DNA from: Pseudomonadota bacterium
GTDB taxonomy: Bacteria; Desulfobacterota; Desulfobacteria; Desulfobacterales; JBDRRP01
Length of the DNA stretch: 64,000 bases
Reading direction: 5' to 3'
Assembly: GCA_043825735.1 (NCBI GenBank)
Contig: JBDRRP010000073.1
Span: 11,826 to 75,825, forward strand
Position 1 is the stretch's first letter; each line of letters begins with the position of its first letter. Position numbers and translations under genes: made by a program. This document shows, piece after piece, positions 20,224-29,927 of the stretch. The notes under the pieces are model-generated. The model saw only the letters and a list, made by a program, of their open reading frames with translations. It had not been told where the DNA came from and ran no database searches.

Positions 20224-20430
20224 CTACCGCCCGATCCCGCTGAACTGGCCCATGATCTCGGCCGCGATGCCGCTCCGCCAGATATAAAGCCCTGCCCCCA
20301 GAACAATGGCCAGGACAACGGCGCCCACCCGGTTGGCGCCGATATCCCCGAAAAACACTTTCCTCAATTGCAGCAGGATAACCAGAACCAATCCGGCAGT
20401 GATAATATTTTCGGCAGTCAGGTATTCCAT
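20224..20430 (-). CDS. Small membrane protein
   Basis: MEYLTAENIITAGLVLVILLQL.. has two hydrophobic helices; starts 5 nt after the lipoprotein gene stop. Confidence 0.45.
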   Translation of the reverse strand: MEYLTAENIITAGLVLVILLQLRKVFFGDIGANRVGAVVLAIVLGAGLYIWRSGIAAEIMGQFSGIGR

Positions 20431-20434
20431 GGCA

Positions 20435-21061
20435 TTATTTTGTCGACAGCATTTTGTCTCGTTTAAGGTTGTCGGCAAGCACCGCCGTGATGTCCTCGAT
20501 GGCGCCGCCCACGGATTTGGGATCTACGGTCTTGGACGACGCCCGCCACAACAGCGTCTCGCTGGCGGCGTCGTACAGGTTGGTTTCCAGACGAACAGAG
20601 GTTTGGTCGTAAACGGCGCCCGGAAACATCACATACTCATAGGCATAGGAGTAATAATATCCATAACCGTAACCGGTATTGTACATGCTCCGTCCGTAAA
20701 CAGGCGTCTCGTGTATTTCCTCGTTTTCGATGCCCACCAGGTGGGTGATGATGACGCTGTCGCAACGGGCGTCCATCGCCGCCTGTTGAATATCCTGTTT
20801 GTCGAGTTTGCTCATCTGCGGCAACGGGTCGCTGCTGACCACCGCGGTGACGCCGGCCCGCGTCAGGGCGCCGGCCAGGCTCTTTTCAAACAGCAGACGG
20901 GTCTCCTGCTTTTGAGCCACGGCGATCACCAGCACCGATGTGACGCCGCTGCCCTTATAGGCCGGATCCTTCCACACATTAGTCAGACGGGTGCCGGCGC
21001 ATCCGGCGGCGATGATCATTGTTAGACAACAGGCGACAAGAAATGAGCGTGCGGCAGTCAT
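20435..21061 (-). CDS. Lipoprotein (DUF4136-like)
   Basis: Lipobox IIAAGC after a signal peptide (MTAARSFLVACCLTMIIAAGC); family assignment tentative. Confidence 0.6.
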   Translation of the reverse strand: MTAARSFLVACCLTMIIAAGCAGTRLTNVWKDPAYKGSGVTSVLVIAVAQKQETRLLFEKSLAGALTRAGVTAVVSSDPLPQMSKLDKQDIQQAAMDARCDSVIITHLVGIENEEIHETPVYGRSMYNTGYGYGYYYSYAYEYVMFPGAVYDQTSVRLETNLYDAASETLLWRASSKTVDPKSVGGAIEDITAVLADNLKRDKMLSTK

Positions 21062-21426
21062 GGATATCCTTTTAGGTCGCTGGACCGGCGGGCGCTTTAG
21101 CAGGAAATGCAACCGCGGCTCCGGCCGTTAACGGTTCATGTCGGTCGAATATAGTTGAACCTGCCGGTGATGTCAAAAGGCGGGCCCCATCGGCTGACAC
21201 CCCGCCCTCTGGTGCCCCCCTTTTTTCTTCCCGAAACCGGCACAATCACTCCCTCTCCGAAATGCTGGCCTGATTTTTTATCTGACTTAAATTGTTCGTT
21301 ATTTTTCATTTTCCCCCCTCAAGGAGACGATCGGTGATGGGGAATTTTTTTAAGAATCAGCCAGAGAAGTTCATAACACATTGAAATATTTATATAAAAA
21401 AATTATTCGCCGCGTGTGTTTTTTTC

Positions 21427-21454
21427 TTGCATTCCGCTACCAAATCCGTATATT
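21427..21454 (+). promoter_or_regulatory. Putative sigma70-type promoter of the kamA cluster
   Basis: TTGCAT (21427-21432), 16-nt spacer, TATATT (21449-21454), AT-rich upstream tract; followed by a roughly 105-nt GC-hairpin-rich leader. Confidence 0.35.
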
Positions 21455-21559
21455 CGCCCGCTTATGAGACCCTGTAATTTTTTACGGGCATCCTCGCGCG
21501 CCGGCCTTTCTTCGGGACCGGCGCCACTGACACCTCAAATAAAAAAGGAAAATGCTCTC

Positions 21560-22861
21560 ATGCAAGCACCGACGGCGACTTCAGGTCAATTTGTAGCCGT
21601 GCCCTCCTCTATGATCACCGAGGAGACAGAAGACGAACCTCCCGACCCTAACCCATGCATGACCGCACTTCCTGCGGTTCAGCGCAGGAAACCCGCCGGG
21701 CGTATCGTCCGGTTTCCCGTCCAACGAAACGGCATTTGCAGCCCGATCGTCCGATCCTTTAAAAAACGATTTTATTCCAACATTCCGACAAAGTTGTGGA
21801 ACGACTGGCAGTGGCAGGCAAGCAACCGTATCCGCAGCCTGTCCCAATTGGAAAAACTGGTGACGTTGTCCGCAGACGAACGGCTCGCCCTGACCGACAC
21901 CGGCACCAAGCTGCCGCTCGGCATCACCCCGTACTATATGAGCCTTGTCTCTGCCGACGATCCAAACCAGCCGCTGCGCCGCACCGTGGTGCCCAGCTGG
22001 CAGGAACTGGTGCGGATGCCCGGTGAGGCCGACGACCCCCTGGGCGAAGAAGCCCAGAGCCCGGTGCACGGCATGGTGCATCGGTATCCTGACCGGGTGC
22101 TGCTGCTGCTCTCGGATTTTTGCTCGACCTATTGCCGATACTGCACCCGCTCCCGGGTCGTGGGCCACGGCGGCATCCTTCCCAGCCGTTCACGGCTTGA
22201 AAAGGCGCTCGAGTACATCGCCGCCCACACGGAAGTCCGGGACGTGATTCTCTCCGGTGGCGACCCCTTGCTACTGGGGGAAGAAAAACTCTCATGGGTG
22301 CTCTCCCGGCTGCGGCAGATCCCCCACGTGGAGATCATTCGCATCGGTACGAAGGTTCCGGCCGTGCTGCCCCAGCGGATCACGCCGCAACTGGTAAAAA
22401 TGCTCAAACGCTTTCACCCCCTGTTCATGAGCCTGCACTTCACGCACCCGGATGAATGCACCCCCGAGGCGACCAGGGCCTGTGGCATGCTCGCCGACGC
22501 CGGTATCCCTCTGGGATCCCAGACAGTTCTGCTCAAGGGGGTCAACGACTCCGTGGACACCATGCGCTCCCTGATGCACCAGCTGCTGAAAATGCGCGTG
22601 CGCCCGTACTACCTCTACCAGTGCGACCCCATCACCGGTTCGGCGCATTTCCGCACGCCGGTGTCCAAGGGGCTGGAGATCATTCGCGGTCTGCGCGGTT
22701 TCACCACCGGCTACGGGGTCCCCACCTATGTGGTAGATGCCCCCGGCGGCGGCGGGAAGATTCCCCTGATGCCAAACTATGTGGCGGGTCGTGAAAACGA
22801 TACGTTATTGCTCAGAAACTACGAAAATGGAGTGTACAGATACCCCGACTGCAGCCTGTAA
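21560..22861 (+). CDS. kamA: Lysine 2,3-aminomutase (KamA-family radical SAM)
   Basis: CSTYCRYCTRS radical-SAM triad and KamA-type C-terminal region; start at ATG 21560 (MQAPTATS). Confidence 0.9.
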   Translation: MQAPTATSGQFVAVPSSMITEETEDEPPDPNPCMTALPAVQRRKPAGRIVRFPVQRNGICSPIVRSFKKRFYSNIPTKLWNDWQWQASNRIRSLSQLEKLVTLSADERLALTDTGTKLPLGITPYYMSLVSADDPNQPLRRTVVPSWQELVRMPGEADDPLGEEAQSPVHGMVHRYPDRVLLLLSDFCSTYCRYCTRSRVVGHGGILPSRSRLEKALEYIAAHTEVRDVILSGGDPLLLGEEKLSWVLSRLRQIPHVEIIRIGTKVPAVLPQRITPQLVKMLKRFHPLFMSLHFTHPDECTPEATRACGMLADAGIPLGSQTVLLKGVNDSVDTMRSLMHQLLKMRVRPYYLYQCDPITGSAHFRTPVSKGLEIIRGLRGFTTGYGVPTYVVDAPGGGGKIPLMPNYVAGRENDTLLLRNYENGVYRYPDCSL

Positions 22862-23154
22862 ACACATAACGGACTGTTGAAAAACGCGCGCCATGCCCTC
22901 CGGCGCCCGTGTGCGCTCGAGGTCCCGGCCAAGGCGCAGGAACTCGGCCGGGTGGACAACCGCATGCGGAGAGTGTTACATTGGGGCGCTGCCCTCGTCG
23001 CAAGAACGCCTGACGGGCATACGGCGCGGTTTCTCAACAACCTGCATAATCATCCGGCAATCGGATCACCGGGAAGCGCATGTTGCGCTTCCCGTTTCTG
23101 CTTAGGGCCTGTTTCAAAAAAGGATTCTTAGGTTGCTTTTAAAGGAGGCGTCAA

Positions 23155-23676
23155 ATGGCGTCGCAAAATGAATTTCTGTGTGCCCGATGTGCCCGACAGG
23201 GGAAAACCTGCTGCCAGGGCCGTGAAATCTATTTAAGCCCGGAAGACGTGGCGCGCATCGCGGCCATCACCGGGCATCGGCTTTTCTTCGATTGGGAACT
23301 GCCTCAGGACCCGTCCTACCTGGACCAGAACGACGACCCGGTCTGGCAGCGCCATGTGTTCCGTTCCGACGGCCGCCGGCGCACCCTCAGCCGCACGGCC
23401 ACCGGCGACTGCTTCTTTCTGGGAGACACCGGCTGCCGCCTGCCGCTGGAAACACGGCCACTGGTCTGCCGGCTCCACCCATTTTCCTACACCGCCGCCG
23501 GGATCGCCGCCGATCTGGAACAGGGCTGCCCGGAAAACCTGCTGCCCCCGGGCGTCACCGTTCTGTCGGCGCTCCAGATGTCGACAGTTCAAGCCTGGGG
23601 ATGGCACCACAGCCTTTATGAAGAGGTATCACGAGATGACCCTGACAGTGGGACTGACTTACGATCTGCGTTCTGA
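23155..23676 (+). CDS. YkgJ-family cysteine-cluster protein (UPF0153)
   Basis: CARCARQGKTCCQG N-terminal CxxCxxxxxxCC motif with further Cys downstream. Confidence 0.7.
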   Translation: MASQNEFLCARCARQGKTCCQGREIYLSPEDVARIAAITGHRLFFDWELPQDPSYLDQNDDPVWQRHVFRSDGRRRTLSRTATGDCFFLGDTGCRLPLETRPLVCRLHPFSYTAAGIAADLEQGCPENLLPPGVTVLSALQMSTVQAWGWHHSLYEEVSRDDPDSGTDLRSAF

Positions 23677-24634
23677 GTACCTGGCCATGGGATACTCGGA
23701 AACCGAGACGGCCGAATTTGACCGGGAAGAAACGGTGATCGCTATCGAAGCGGCGCTCCAGAGCCTGGGGCACCGCACCGAGCGCATCGGCCACTGCCGG
23801 CAACTTGCCGCCGCCTTGGTGGCCGGCCGGCGCTGGGATCTGGTGTTCAACATCGCCGAGGGGATGCACGGCATCGGACGGGAAGCCCAGGTGCCCGCGC
23901 TGCTGGACCTGTACCGAATTCCCTACACCTTTTCCGACCCGCTGGTCATGAGCCTGACCCTGCACAAGGGCATGACCAAACGGGTGATCCGCGACGCCGG
24001 GGTGCCCACCACGGACTTTTTGGTGGCCGATACGCCGGAAGCCGCCGAAACGGTATCTTTTCCCGGCCCCTGGTTCATCAAGCCGGTGGCCGAAGGTACG
24101 GGAAAAGGCGCCACACCGGCCTCCATCATTCGCGACCGTGAAGCACTCGGAACGGCCTGCCGCAAGATGATCGCCGAGTTCAAGCAGCCGGTGATCATCG
24201 AGACCTACCTGTCGGGAAGAGAATTTACCGTCGGCATCGTGGGCACGGGCACCGGCGCGCGCGTGCTCGGGACCATTGAAGTCATATTGAAGGATTCGGC
24301 CGAACCGGGAGTTTACTCCTATATCAACAAGGAAGAGTGCGAAGAACGGGTGATCTACCGACTGGCAGACCCATCGGCGGATCCGGTGGTGGCGGCCACC
24401 GAGGCCATCGCCCTCGATGCCTGGCGGGTTCTGGGTTGTCGGGACGCAGGCCGTCTGGACGTGCGCTGCGATGCCGGCGGCCGGCCTCAGTTCATGGAAG
24501 TCAATCCACTGGCCGGCATACACCCGGAGCACTCAGATCTGCCCATCATCTGTAACCATTTGGGCATCCCCTACCAGGATCTGATCAACTGGATCCTGTC
24601 TTCGGCCGCATCCCGCATGGAAAAGGTCACCTGA
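23636..24634 (+). CDS. ATP-grasp ligase, D-alanine--D-alanine ligase-like (1 of 2)
   Basis: Ddl-like N-domain (VGLTYDL..), central ATP-grasp (WFIKPVAEGTGKG.. EFTVGIVG..) and C-terminal ..EVNPLAG; start ATG 23636 or 23618, overlapping the previous gene. Confidence 0.8.
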   Translation: MTLTVGLTYDLRSEYLAMGYSETETAEFDREETVIAIEAALQSLGHRTERIGHCRQLAAALVAGRRWDLVFNIAEGMHGIGREAQVPALLDLYRIPYTFSDPLVMSLTLHKGMTKRVIRDAGVPTTDFLVADTPEAAETVSFPGPWFIKPVAEGTGKGATPASIIRDREALGTACRKMIAEFKQPVIIETYLSGREFTVGIVGTGTGARVLGTIEVILKDSAEPGVYSYINKEECEERVIYRLADPSADPVVAATEAIALDAWRVLGCRDAGRLDVRCDAGGRPQFMEVNPLAGIHPEHSDLPIICNHLGIPYQDLINWILSSAASRMEKVT

Positions 24635-25629
24635 TGCGCATCGCCATTGTCCACGACCGGGTATCGGCTGACGATGCGCCGGATGCCCGCGATGTCCTCG
24701 AGCAGGCCGCCGCTGTCGCCGGCGCCCTGACCGCGCTGGGCCACGATGTGGCGCGCTTTGCCTGCACGCTCGACCTTGAAGCGCTCCGCGGTGAGCTCCT
24801 GGATTGGCAGCCCCACACGGTATTCAACCTGGTGGAGTCCATCGGCGGGCAGGGACGGCTCATCCACCTGCCGCTCTTTATGCTGGACGCCGCAGGGCTG
24901 CCCTACACCGGCGCATCCGCGACCGCCATGCTCTTGACGTCTCACAAAATCATGGCCAAACGGACCATGGCGGCTGCCGGCATTGCGACGCCACAGTGGG
25001 TCGGGCCCTTTCCCCTGGACGTCTACGGCGGCGCGCTGTCGGGCACCCCCGGAGACTGGATCGTGAAAAGCCTCTGGGAGCACGCATCCATCGGGCTGGA
25101 TGCCGGCAGTATCATTTACGACGCATCGCCGGAAAACGCCTTTGCAGCGCTCCCTGAGCGGGCACCTCGTTTGGGCGGGGCCTGCTTCGCCGAGCACTAC
25201 ATCGCCGGCAGGGAGTTCAATCTGGCCGTCCTTGCCGGGCCGGACGGCCCCCAAGTACTTCCACCGGCGGAGATTATCTTCGACGGGTACGGGTCGGAAA
25301 TGCCGCGCATCGTCGACTACGCGGCCAAGTGGGAAGCAGACACCTTCGCCTACCATCACACACCGCGCCGTTTTGAGATCGATGAGACCGACCGCAGCCT
25401 CGTCGATGGCCTCAAGGCGTCGGCCATCTCCTGCTGGAACGCCTTCGGTCTCAACGGCTATGCCCGTGTTGATTTCCGCGTGGCTGAAAACGGGCAGCCG
25501 TGGGTGCTGGAAGTCAACGCCAACCCATGCCTGGCGCCGGACGCCGGCTACGCCGCCGCGTTGACCCAGGCCGGGATTACTTTCACGGAAGCCGTCAGAC
25601 GTATCATCGATGATGTGCCGGACGCCTGA
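24634..25629 (+). CDS. ATP-grasp ligase, D-alanine--D-alanine ligase-like (2 of 2)
   Basis: MRIAIVHD.. Ddl-like layout, ..WIVKSLWEHASIG.., EFNLAVL.., LEVNANPCL; start overlaps the stop of the previous gene (TGATG). Confidence 0.8.
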   Translation: MRIAIVHDRVSADDAPDARDVLEQAAAVAGALTALGHDVARFACTLDLEALRGELLDWQPHTVFNLVESIGGQGRLIHLPLFMLDAAGLPYTGASATAMLLTSHKIMAKRTMAAAGIATPQWVGPFPLDVYGGALSGTPGDWIVKSLWEHASIGLDAGSIIYDASPENAFAALPERAPRLGGACFAEHYIAGREFNLAVLAGPDGPQVLPPAEIIFDGYGSEMPRIVDYAAKWEADTFAYHHTPRRFEIDETDRSLVDGLKASAISCWNAFGLNGYARVDFRVAENGQPWVLEVNANPCLAPDAGYAAALTQAGITFTEAVRRIIDDVPDA

Positions 25630-25742
25630 AGCGGTTAACACCCGGAGCTTTGTTCGATTTTATTGATCGACCGGCGGTTCTTTTTTGTTTAGAGTACCTG
25701 TCAGAATACTGTTCCGTTTGATCCCCAAGATCCTCTCGGCGT

Positions 25743-25817
25743 CGGGATCGAAATCGGGATCGAAATCGATGTTTTCTTCGCTCGATACCGATCCCGATAG
25801 CGATTTCGATTCCGATG
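25743..25817. repeat. GATCGAAATCG-based tandem and inverted repeat
   Basis: CGGGATCGAAATCGGGATCGAAATCGA .. TCGATACCGATCCCGATAGCGATTTCGATTCCGA; outer arms of about 16 bp pair. Confidence 0.65.
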
Positions 25818-25852
25818 TCCACACGGCGTTGCCGTGCAAACGGAACGTATTT

Positions 25853-28141
25853 ATGACAATGGCTGTAAACCTGTATAGCGAGCTGCGCATGTTACGTATC
25901 CGACGCATCTATGACGACGTCCTGCCGCTCAACAAGGGCACTCTGGCGCAGGTTCAAGAGATCCTGCGGAGCCGGTTCACCGCCGTCTCCGAAAAGGAGA
26001 TCGATCTGCTGCCCGACAAACTGCGAAACCCGTTCAAGCACCGGTTTCGTACCGTCCTGTTCGTGGCCGAAAGCATGAAGGGAAAAGTGCAGGGATTCGC
26101 CACCCTGCTCAACGAACCGGAAATCCGCTTCGCCTATCTCGACTGGATCGCCACGGCATTTACCCGGGGCGGCGCCGGCATCGGCGGTGCCCTCTACGAC
26201 CGGGTCCGGCGGGAGGCCGCGGCGCTGAAGGTCGACGGCCTGTTTTATGAGTGCCTTCCCGACGATGAGGCCCTGTGCCCCCACCCCGATGAGCTCAAGC
26301 AAAACCGGGCCCGCCTGCGCTTTTACGAACGCTACGGGGCCCGGCCCATCATCGGCACGGCCTACGAGTCGCCAGTGAGCCCGGGCGACACCTGCATGCC
26401 GCACTTGGTCTACGACGGTCTGAGCATCAACAAACCGCTGAGAAGAGATCACACCCGACAGGTGGTGCGCGCCATCCTCGAGCGCAAGTACGCTGAATAC
26501 TGCCCCCAGGACTATGTCGAACGGGTGGTCGCCAGTTTCAAGAGCGACCCGGTGCAGTTGAGAGACTTCCGGTATGTCAAACCCGAAGCGGTCATCGCCG
26601 CCGTGGAAAGCCGCTCCGATGAGCAGATCGCCCTTATCGTCAACGACCGGCACGACATCCACCACGTACAGGAACGGGGCTACGTGGAATCGCCGGTTCG
26701 GGTCAAAAGTATTTTAAATGCCATCGAACCCAGCGGCATGTTTTCCCGGATCAAGGTCCGCCCTTTTCCGGAAAAACACCTGCACGCCGTTCACGACGCC
26801 GATTTCGTCAGCTACCTGAAGCGCGCCTGTGCCGAAGTGCCCGCGGGCAAATCGCTCTACCCCTATATCTTTCCCATCCGCAACAAAACCCGCCCGCCGA
26901 AGGAGCCGTCGGTGCTCTCGGGCTACTACTGCATCGATACCTTTACCCCGATCAACGCCAACGCCTTCCCGGCGGCCCGCCGCAGCGTCGATTGCGCACT
27001 GACCGCCGCCCGGGAGATTCTCGAGGGTCGGCGTATCGCCTACGCCCTGATCCGCCCGCCCGGACACCACGCCGAGCGCCGCGCCTTTGGCGGCTTTTGC
27101 TACTTCAACAACAACGCCATCGCCGCCCAGTACCTGTGCGGCCACGGCAAGGTGGCCATCCTGGACATTGACTACCACCACGGCAACGGCGGGCAGGACA
27201 TCTTCTACCGCCGCAGCGATGTGCTCACCGTCTCCATTCACGGCCACCCGCGCTTTGCCTACCCTTATTTCTGCGGCTTCGAGGATGAGCGCGGCGAGGG
27301 CGAGGGGGAAGGATTCAATCTCAACATCCCGCTGCCCGAGACGATCGACGGCGAAAAGTATCGAAAGGCGCTGTCTCGCGCCATCACCCGGATCGAGCAG
27401 TTCAAGCCGCAGTTTCTCATCATCGGGCTGGGGCTGGACACCGCCAAGGGAGACCCCACCGGCACCTGGTCGCTCTCGGTGAAGGACTTTGCCGAAAACG
27501 GTAAAATGATCGGCGCCATGGGACTGCCCAATGTGGTCATCCAGGAAGGCGGCTACCGCACGCAGACGCTCGGAAAGAACGCCCTTTCCTTTTTCCGCGG
27601 CCTTGTAGAAGGCAACCTTCAGTGGATCGCCAGTCGGCGCACGCCCCCTCACCGCATCCAGGGCGTGACCATGCGCGATGTGCTCGAGCCCGCCGACAGC
27701 GAGCGGGTGTATCGTCTCGTGGAGATTACCGGCTTCTTTCACCCCGAAGAAATCGGCATCGCAAAAGAGCTGGTCGAAGAGCGTTTGGAAAAAGGCGATG
27801 CCAGCGGCTACCACTTTGTCATGGCCGACCACTACGGACGCCTGGCCGGCTATGCGTGCTTTGGCCTTATCCCCTGCACGGCTTCCAGCTACGACCTTTA
27901 TTGGATTGCCGTTCACCCGGACTTCCAGGGACGGGGCCTGGGGCGCCGTCTGCTCAATGAAACCGAGCGGCGGATCAAAGCCGCCGGCGGCAGCCGCGTC
28001 TACGTGGACACCTCCCAGCGGATGCAGTATGCCAGCACCCGGGCCTTCTACGAAAGCTGCGGCTACCGGCTGGAGACTGTGTTGAAGGATTTCTACGCTC
28101 CGGGCGACGGCAAGGCCCTCTACTGTAAATCTTTCACTTGA
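25853..28141 (+). CDS. Triple fusion: GNAT-like domain, histone-deacetylase/acetylpolyamine-amidohydrolase domain, GNAT acetyltransferase
   Basis: N-terminal GNAT-like RGGAGIGGALY; HDAC motifs RPPGHHAERRAFGGFCYFNN, DIDYHHGNGGQDIF, QEGGY; C-terminal GNAT IAVHPDFQGRGLGRRLL. Start at ATG 25853; the upstream part of the ORF is a translated repeat. Confidence 0.85.
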   Translation: MTMAVNLYSELRMLRIRRIYDDVLPLNKGTLAQVQEILRSRFTAVSEKEIDLLPDKLRNPFKHRFRTVLFVAESMKGKVQGFATLLNEPEIRFAYLDWIATAFTRGGAGIGGALYDRVRREAAALKVDGLFYECLPDDEALCPHPDELKQNRARLRFYERYGARPIIGTAYESPVSPGDTCMPHLVYDGLSINKPLRRDHTRQVVRAILERKYAEYCPQDYVERVVASFKSDPVQLRDFRYVKPEAVIAAVESRSDEQIALIVNDRHDIHHVQERGYVESPVRVKSILNAIEPSGMFSRIKVRPFPEKHLHAVHDADFVSYLKRACAEVPAGKSLYPYIFPIRNKTRPPKEPSVLSGYYCIDTFTPINANAFPAARRSVDCALTAAREILEGRRIAYALIRPPGHHAERRAFGGFCYFNNNAIAAQYLCGHGKVAILDIDYHHGNGGQDIFYRRSDVLTVSIHGHPRFAYPYFCGFEDERGEGEGEGFNLNIPLPETIDGEKYRKALSRAITRIEQFKPQFLIIGLGLDTAKGDPTGTWSLSVKDFAENGKMIGAMGLPNVVIQEGGYRTQTLGKNALSFFRGLVEGNLQWIASRRTPPHRIQGVTMRDVLEPADSERVYRLVEITGFFHPEEIGIAKELVEERLEKGDASGYHFVMADHYGRLAGYACFGLIPCTASSYDLYWIAVHPDFQGRGLGRRLLNETERRIKAAGGSRVYVDTSQRMQYASTRAFYESCGYRLETVLKDFYAPGDGKALYCKSFT

Positions 28142-28183
28142 TCCACAGCGTATTACTTTATTACCTGTCCGGAAAGTATCATC

Positions 28184-29650
28184 ATGGAATCGACCACCGC
28201 ATTGATACTGCTTCGAATGGTTACTGCTTGGAAAACGTTGCTGGACATCGCGCTGCTGGCGGCGGGGCTGTTCTTTCTCTACCGAACCATTTTGCGTCTG
28301 GGCACCTGGAAAATCGTGGCCGGCATCGGGGTGGCGCTTGGCGTCTATCTCGGGGCCACGGTGCTCGATCTCAAAGGCGTCGAATGGGTGTTCGGCAACC
28401 TGAGCCATGTGGCCGTCATCGCCCTCATCGTCATTTTTCAACCGGAACTGCGGAAAATTTTCGAACGGGCGGCATCGATGCGTCGAAGCGAATCGGGTAT
28501 TCCCCGCGGCGGACTACTCCACATTCTCACGGACGCCGCCGACAAGCTCTCCCAGGCGCGTCACGGGGCCATCATCGTGCTGCCCGGCAAGGAGCCATTA
28601 GGGGAATGGATTTCCGGGGGTTTCGCCCTCGATGCCAAACCCAGCCTGGCGCTGGTGCTCAGCATTTTCGACCCCCACTCCCCAGGCCACGACGGTGCGC
28701 TGATCGTGATCAAGGGGCGCTTCGCCCGATACGGCGTCCGGCTGCCGGTGTCTCAGAGCGCGCGGCTGGGCAGCGATTTCGGCACCCGCCACCACGCCGC
28801 CATGGGACTGGCCGAAAAGACCGATGCCCTTGTCATCGTGGTATCCGAAGAACGGGGCGCAGTGTCGCTGTTCAAAAAAGGCGAAAAACGGTCGGTGGCT
28901 ACCGAACGGGAAATGGCCAAGGCCCTGGTGGCGCACTGGAAGGAGGCGGCGGCGTCTTCGCTGGAGCTGCCCGAAGGCCCGAAACGCCGCGCCGTGGTAT
29001 TTCAGATTGTCGCCAGCATCGCTCTGGCCGTGATCTTCTGGTCCACCCTGATCATCAGCCAGGGGGAAATTCTTGAAAAGATCATCACCGTCCCGGTGGA
29101 ATACGCGGCGTCGCCGCCGCAGCTCGTGCTGGTGGGTGACAAGCAGCAGGAGATCCGCGTCCACCTGACCGGCCAGAAATCGGATCTCGATACAGTCTCT
29201 CCGACACACACGACGGTCAAGATCGATCTGTCCAAGGCGGTGCCCGGAAAACAGACTTTCGTCATCAATGAAGACAGCATGCGACTGCCCAGAGGGGTGA
29301 ACCTGCTGGATGTCTCCCCCTCGGCCGTCACCCTCACACTGGCGGAGATCGTTGAACGCCAGCTCCCCGTCAAACCCCAGCTCGTGGGCAAGCTGCCGCC
29401 CGGCCTGGTGATCACCGCCGTCACGGTCGTGCCAGAACAGATCGCGGTGTTCTCACCGGCCATCGAAGGCAAAGGCAAGATTGCGGGCATCACCACCACG
29501 CCCATTTACCTGGAAAGCGTCAAAGAGACGACCATCATTTTCTGCAAGATCATCGCGCCGCCCTCGGTCCAGCCCATCGACAAGCGCTGGCCCGATGTGG
29601 AAGTGCGCATCGAGATTGCGCCGGCGGAAACCCCTGAGAAAAAGAAATAA
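28184..29650 (+). CDS. cdaA: Diadenylate cyclase CdaA fused to YbbR-like (CdaR-type) repeats
   Basis: Three N-terminal TM helices; DAC motifs GHDGALIV, GTRHHAA, VVSEERGAVSL; then another TM helix and about 180 aa of YbbR-like beta repeats. Confidence 0.8.
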   Translation: MESTTALILLRMVTAWKTLLDIALLAAGLFFLYRTILRLGTWKIVAGIGVALGVYLGATVLDLKGVEWVFGNLSHVAVIALIVIFQPELRKIFERAASMRRSESGIPRGGLLHILTDAADKLSQARHGAIIVLPGKEPLGEWISGGFALDAKPSLALVLSIFDPHSPGHDGALIVIKGRFARYGVRLPVSQSARLGSDFGTRHHAAMGLAEKTDALVIVVSEERGAVSLFKKGEKRSVATEREMAKALVAHWKEAAASSLELPEGPKRRAVVFQIVASIALAVIFWSTLIISQGEILEKIITVPVEYAASPPQLVLVGDKQQEIRVHLTGQKSDLDTVSPTHTTVKIDLSKAVPGKQTFVINEDSMRLPRGVNLLDVSPSAVTLTLAEIVERQLPVKPQLVGKLPPGLVITAVTVVPEQIAVFSPAIEGKGKIAGITTTPIYLESVKETTIIFCKIIAPPSVQPIDKRWPDVEVRIEIAPAETPEKKK

Positions 29651-29734
29651 ACATTCCCGACCCTGAGGGCCAGGCTTTAGGTTGCCCCTGAAAGGGGCTT
29701 CATTGATAAAGCTCAACGGCAAAACCATGCATCA

Positions 29735-29807
29735 CGCAACGACGCAAAGGCGCTACGAAAATCATGACCTTGGTTTTCGTTGCGCCGTTGCGCCGTTGCG
29801 CGAGACG
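29735..29807. repeat. Palindromic CGCAAAG-type repeat
   Basis: CGCAACGACGCAAAGGCGCTACGAAAA .. TTTTCGTTGCGCCGTTGCGCCGTTGCG. Confidence 0.6.
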
Positions 29808-29927
29808 AGTTTTTTCGGCATAGCCAAATAGCTCTGACCTGGCCCCCAGGAGCAGGTTTTTATAGTCAGAATAAAAAAATGGCTGCCGCTGAAGGTCAGC
29901 CGGCAGCCATTTGGGAAGAGGCCTCCC

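Noticed and set aside
21113-21559. Lysine riboswitch upstream of kamA
   Set aside because: The leader has GC hairpins, but I could not find the conserved L-box core features by eye. A covariance-model scan is needed before any claim.
24571-25641. 356-aa minus-strand ORF
   Set aside because: Antisense to the second ATP-grasp ligase gene; no motifs.
25685-25852. N-terminal extension of the 818-aa ORF (GSKSGSKS..DTDPDSDFDSD)
   Set aside because: This is the translation of the GATCGAAATCG repeat. A later ATG at 25853 gives a sensible GNAT-like N-terminus.
26714-28441. 575-aa ORF on the minus strand
   Set aside because: It is antisense to the GNAT-HDAC-GNAT gene, whose translation has unmistakable HDAC and GNAT motifs. 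The Gly/Ala/Arg/Val-rich, motif-less translation is typical of shadow ORFs in GC-rich DNA.
28138-29076. 312-aa ORF overlapping cdaA in another frame
   Set aside because: Arg/Gly/Pro-rich alternative frame of a gene with clear DAC motifs.
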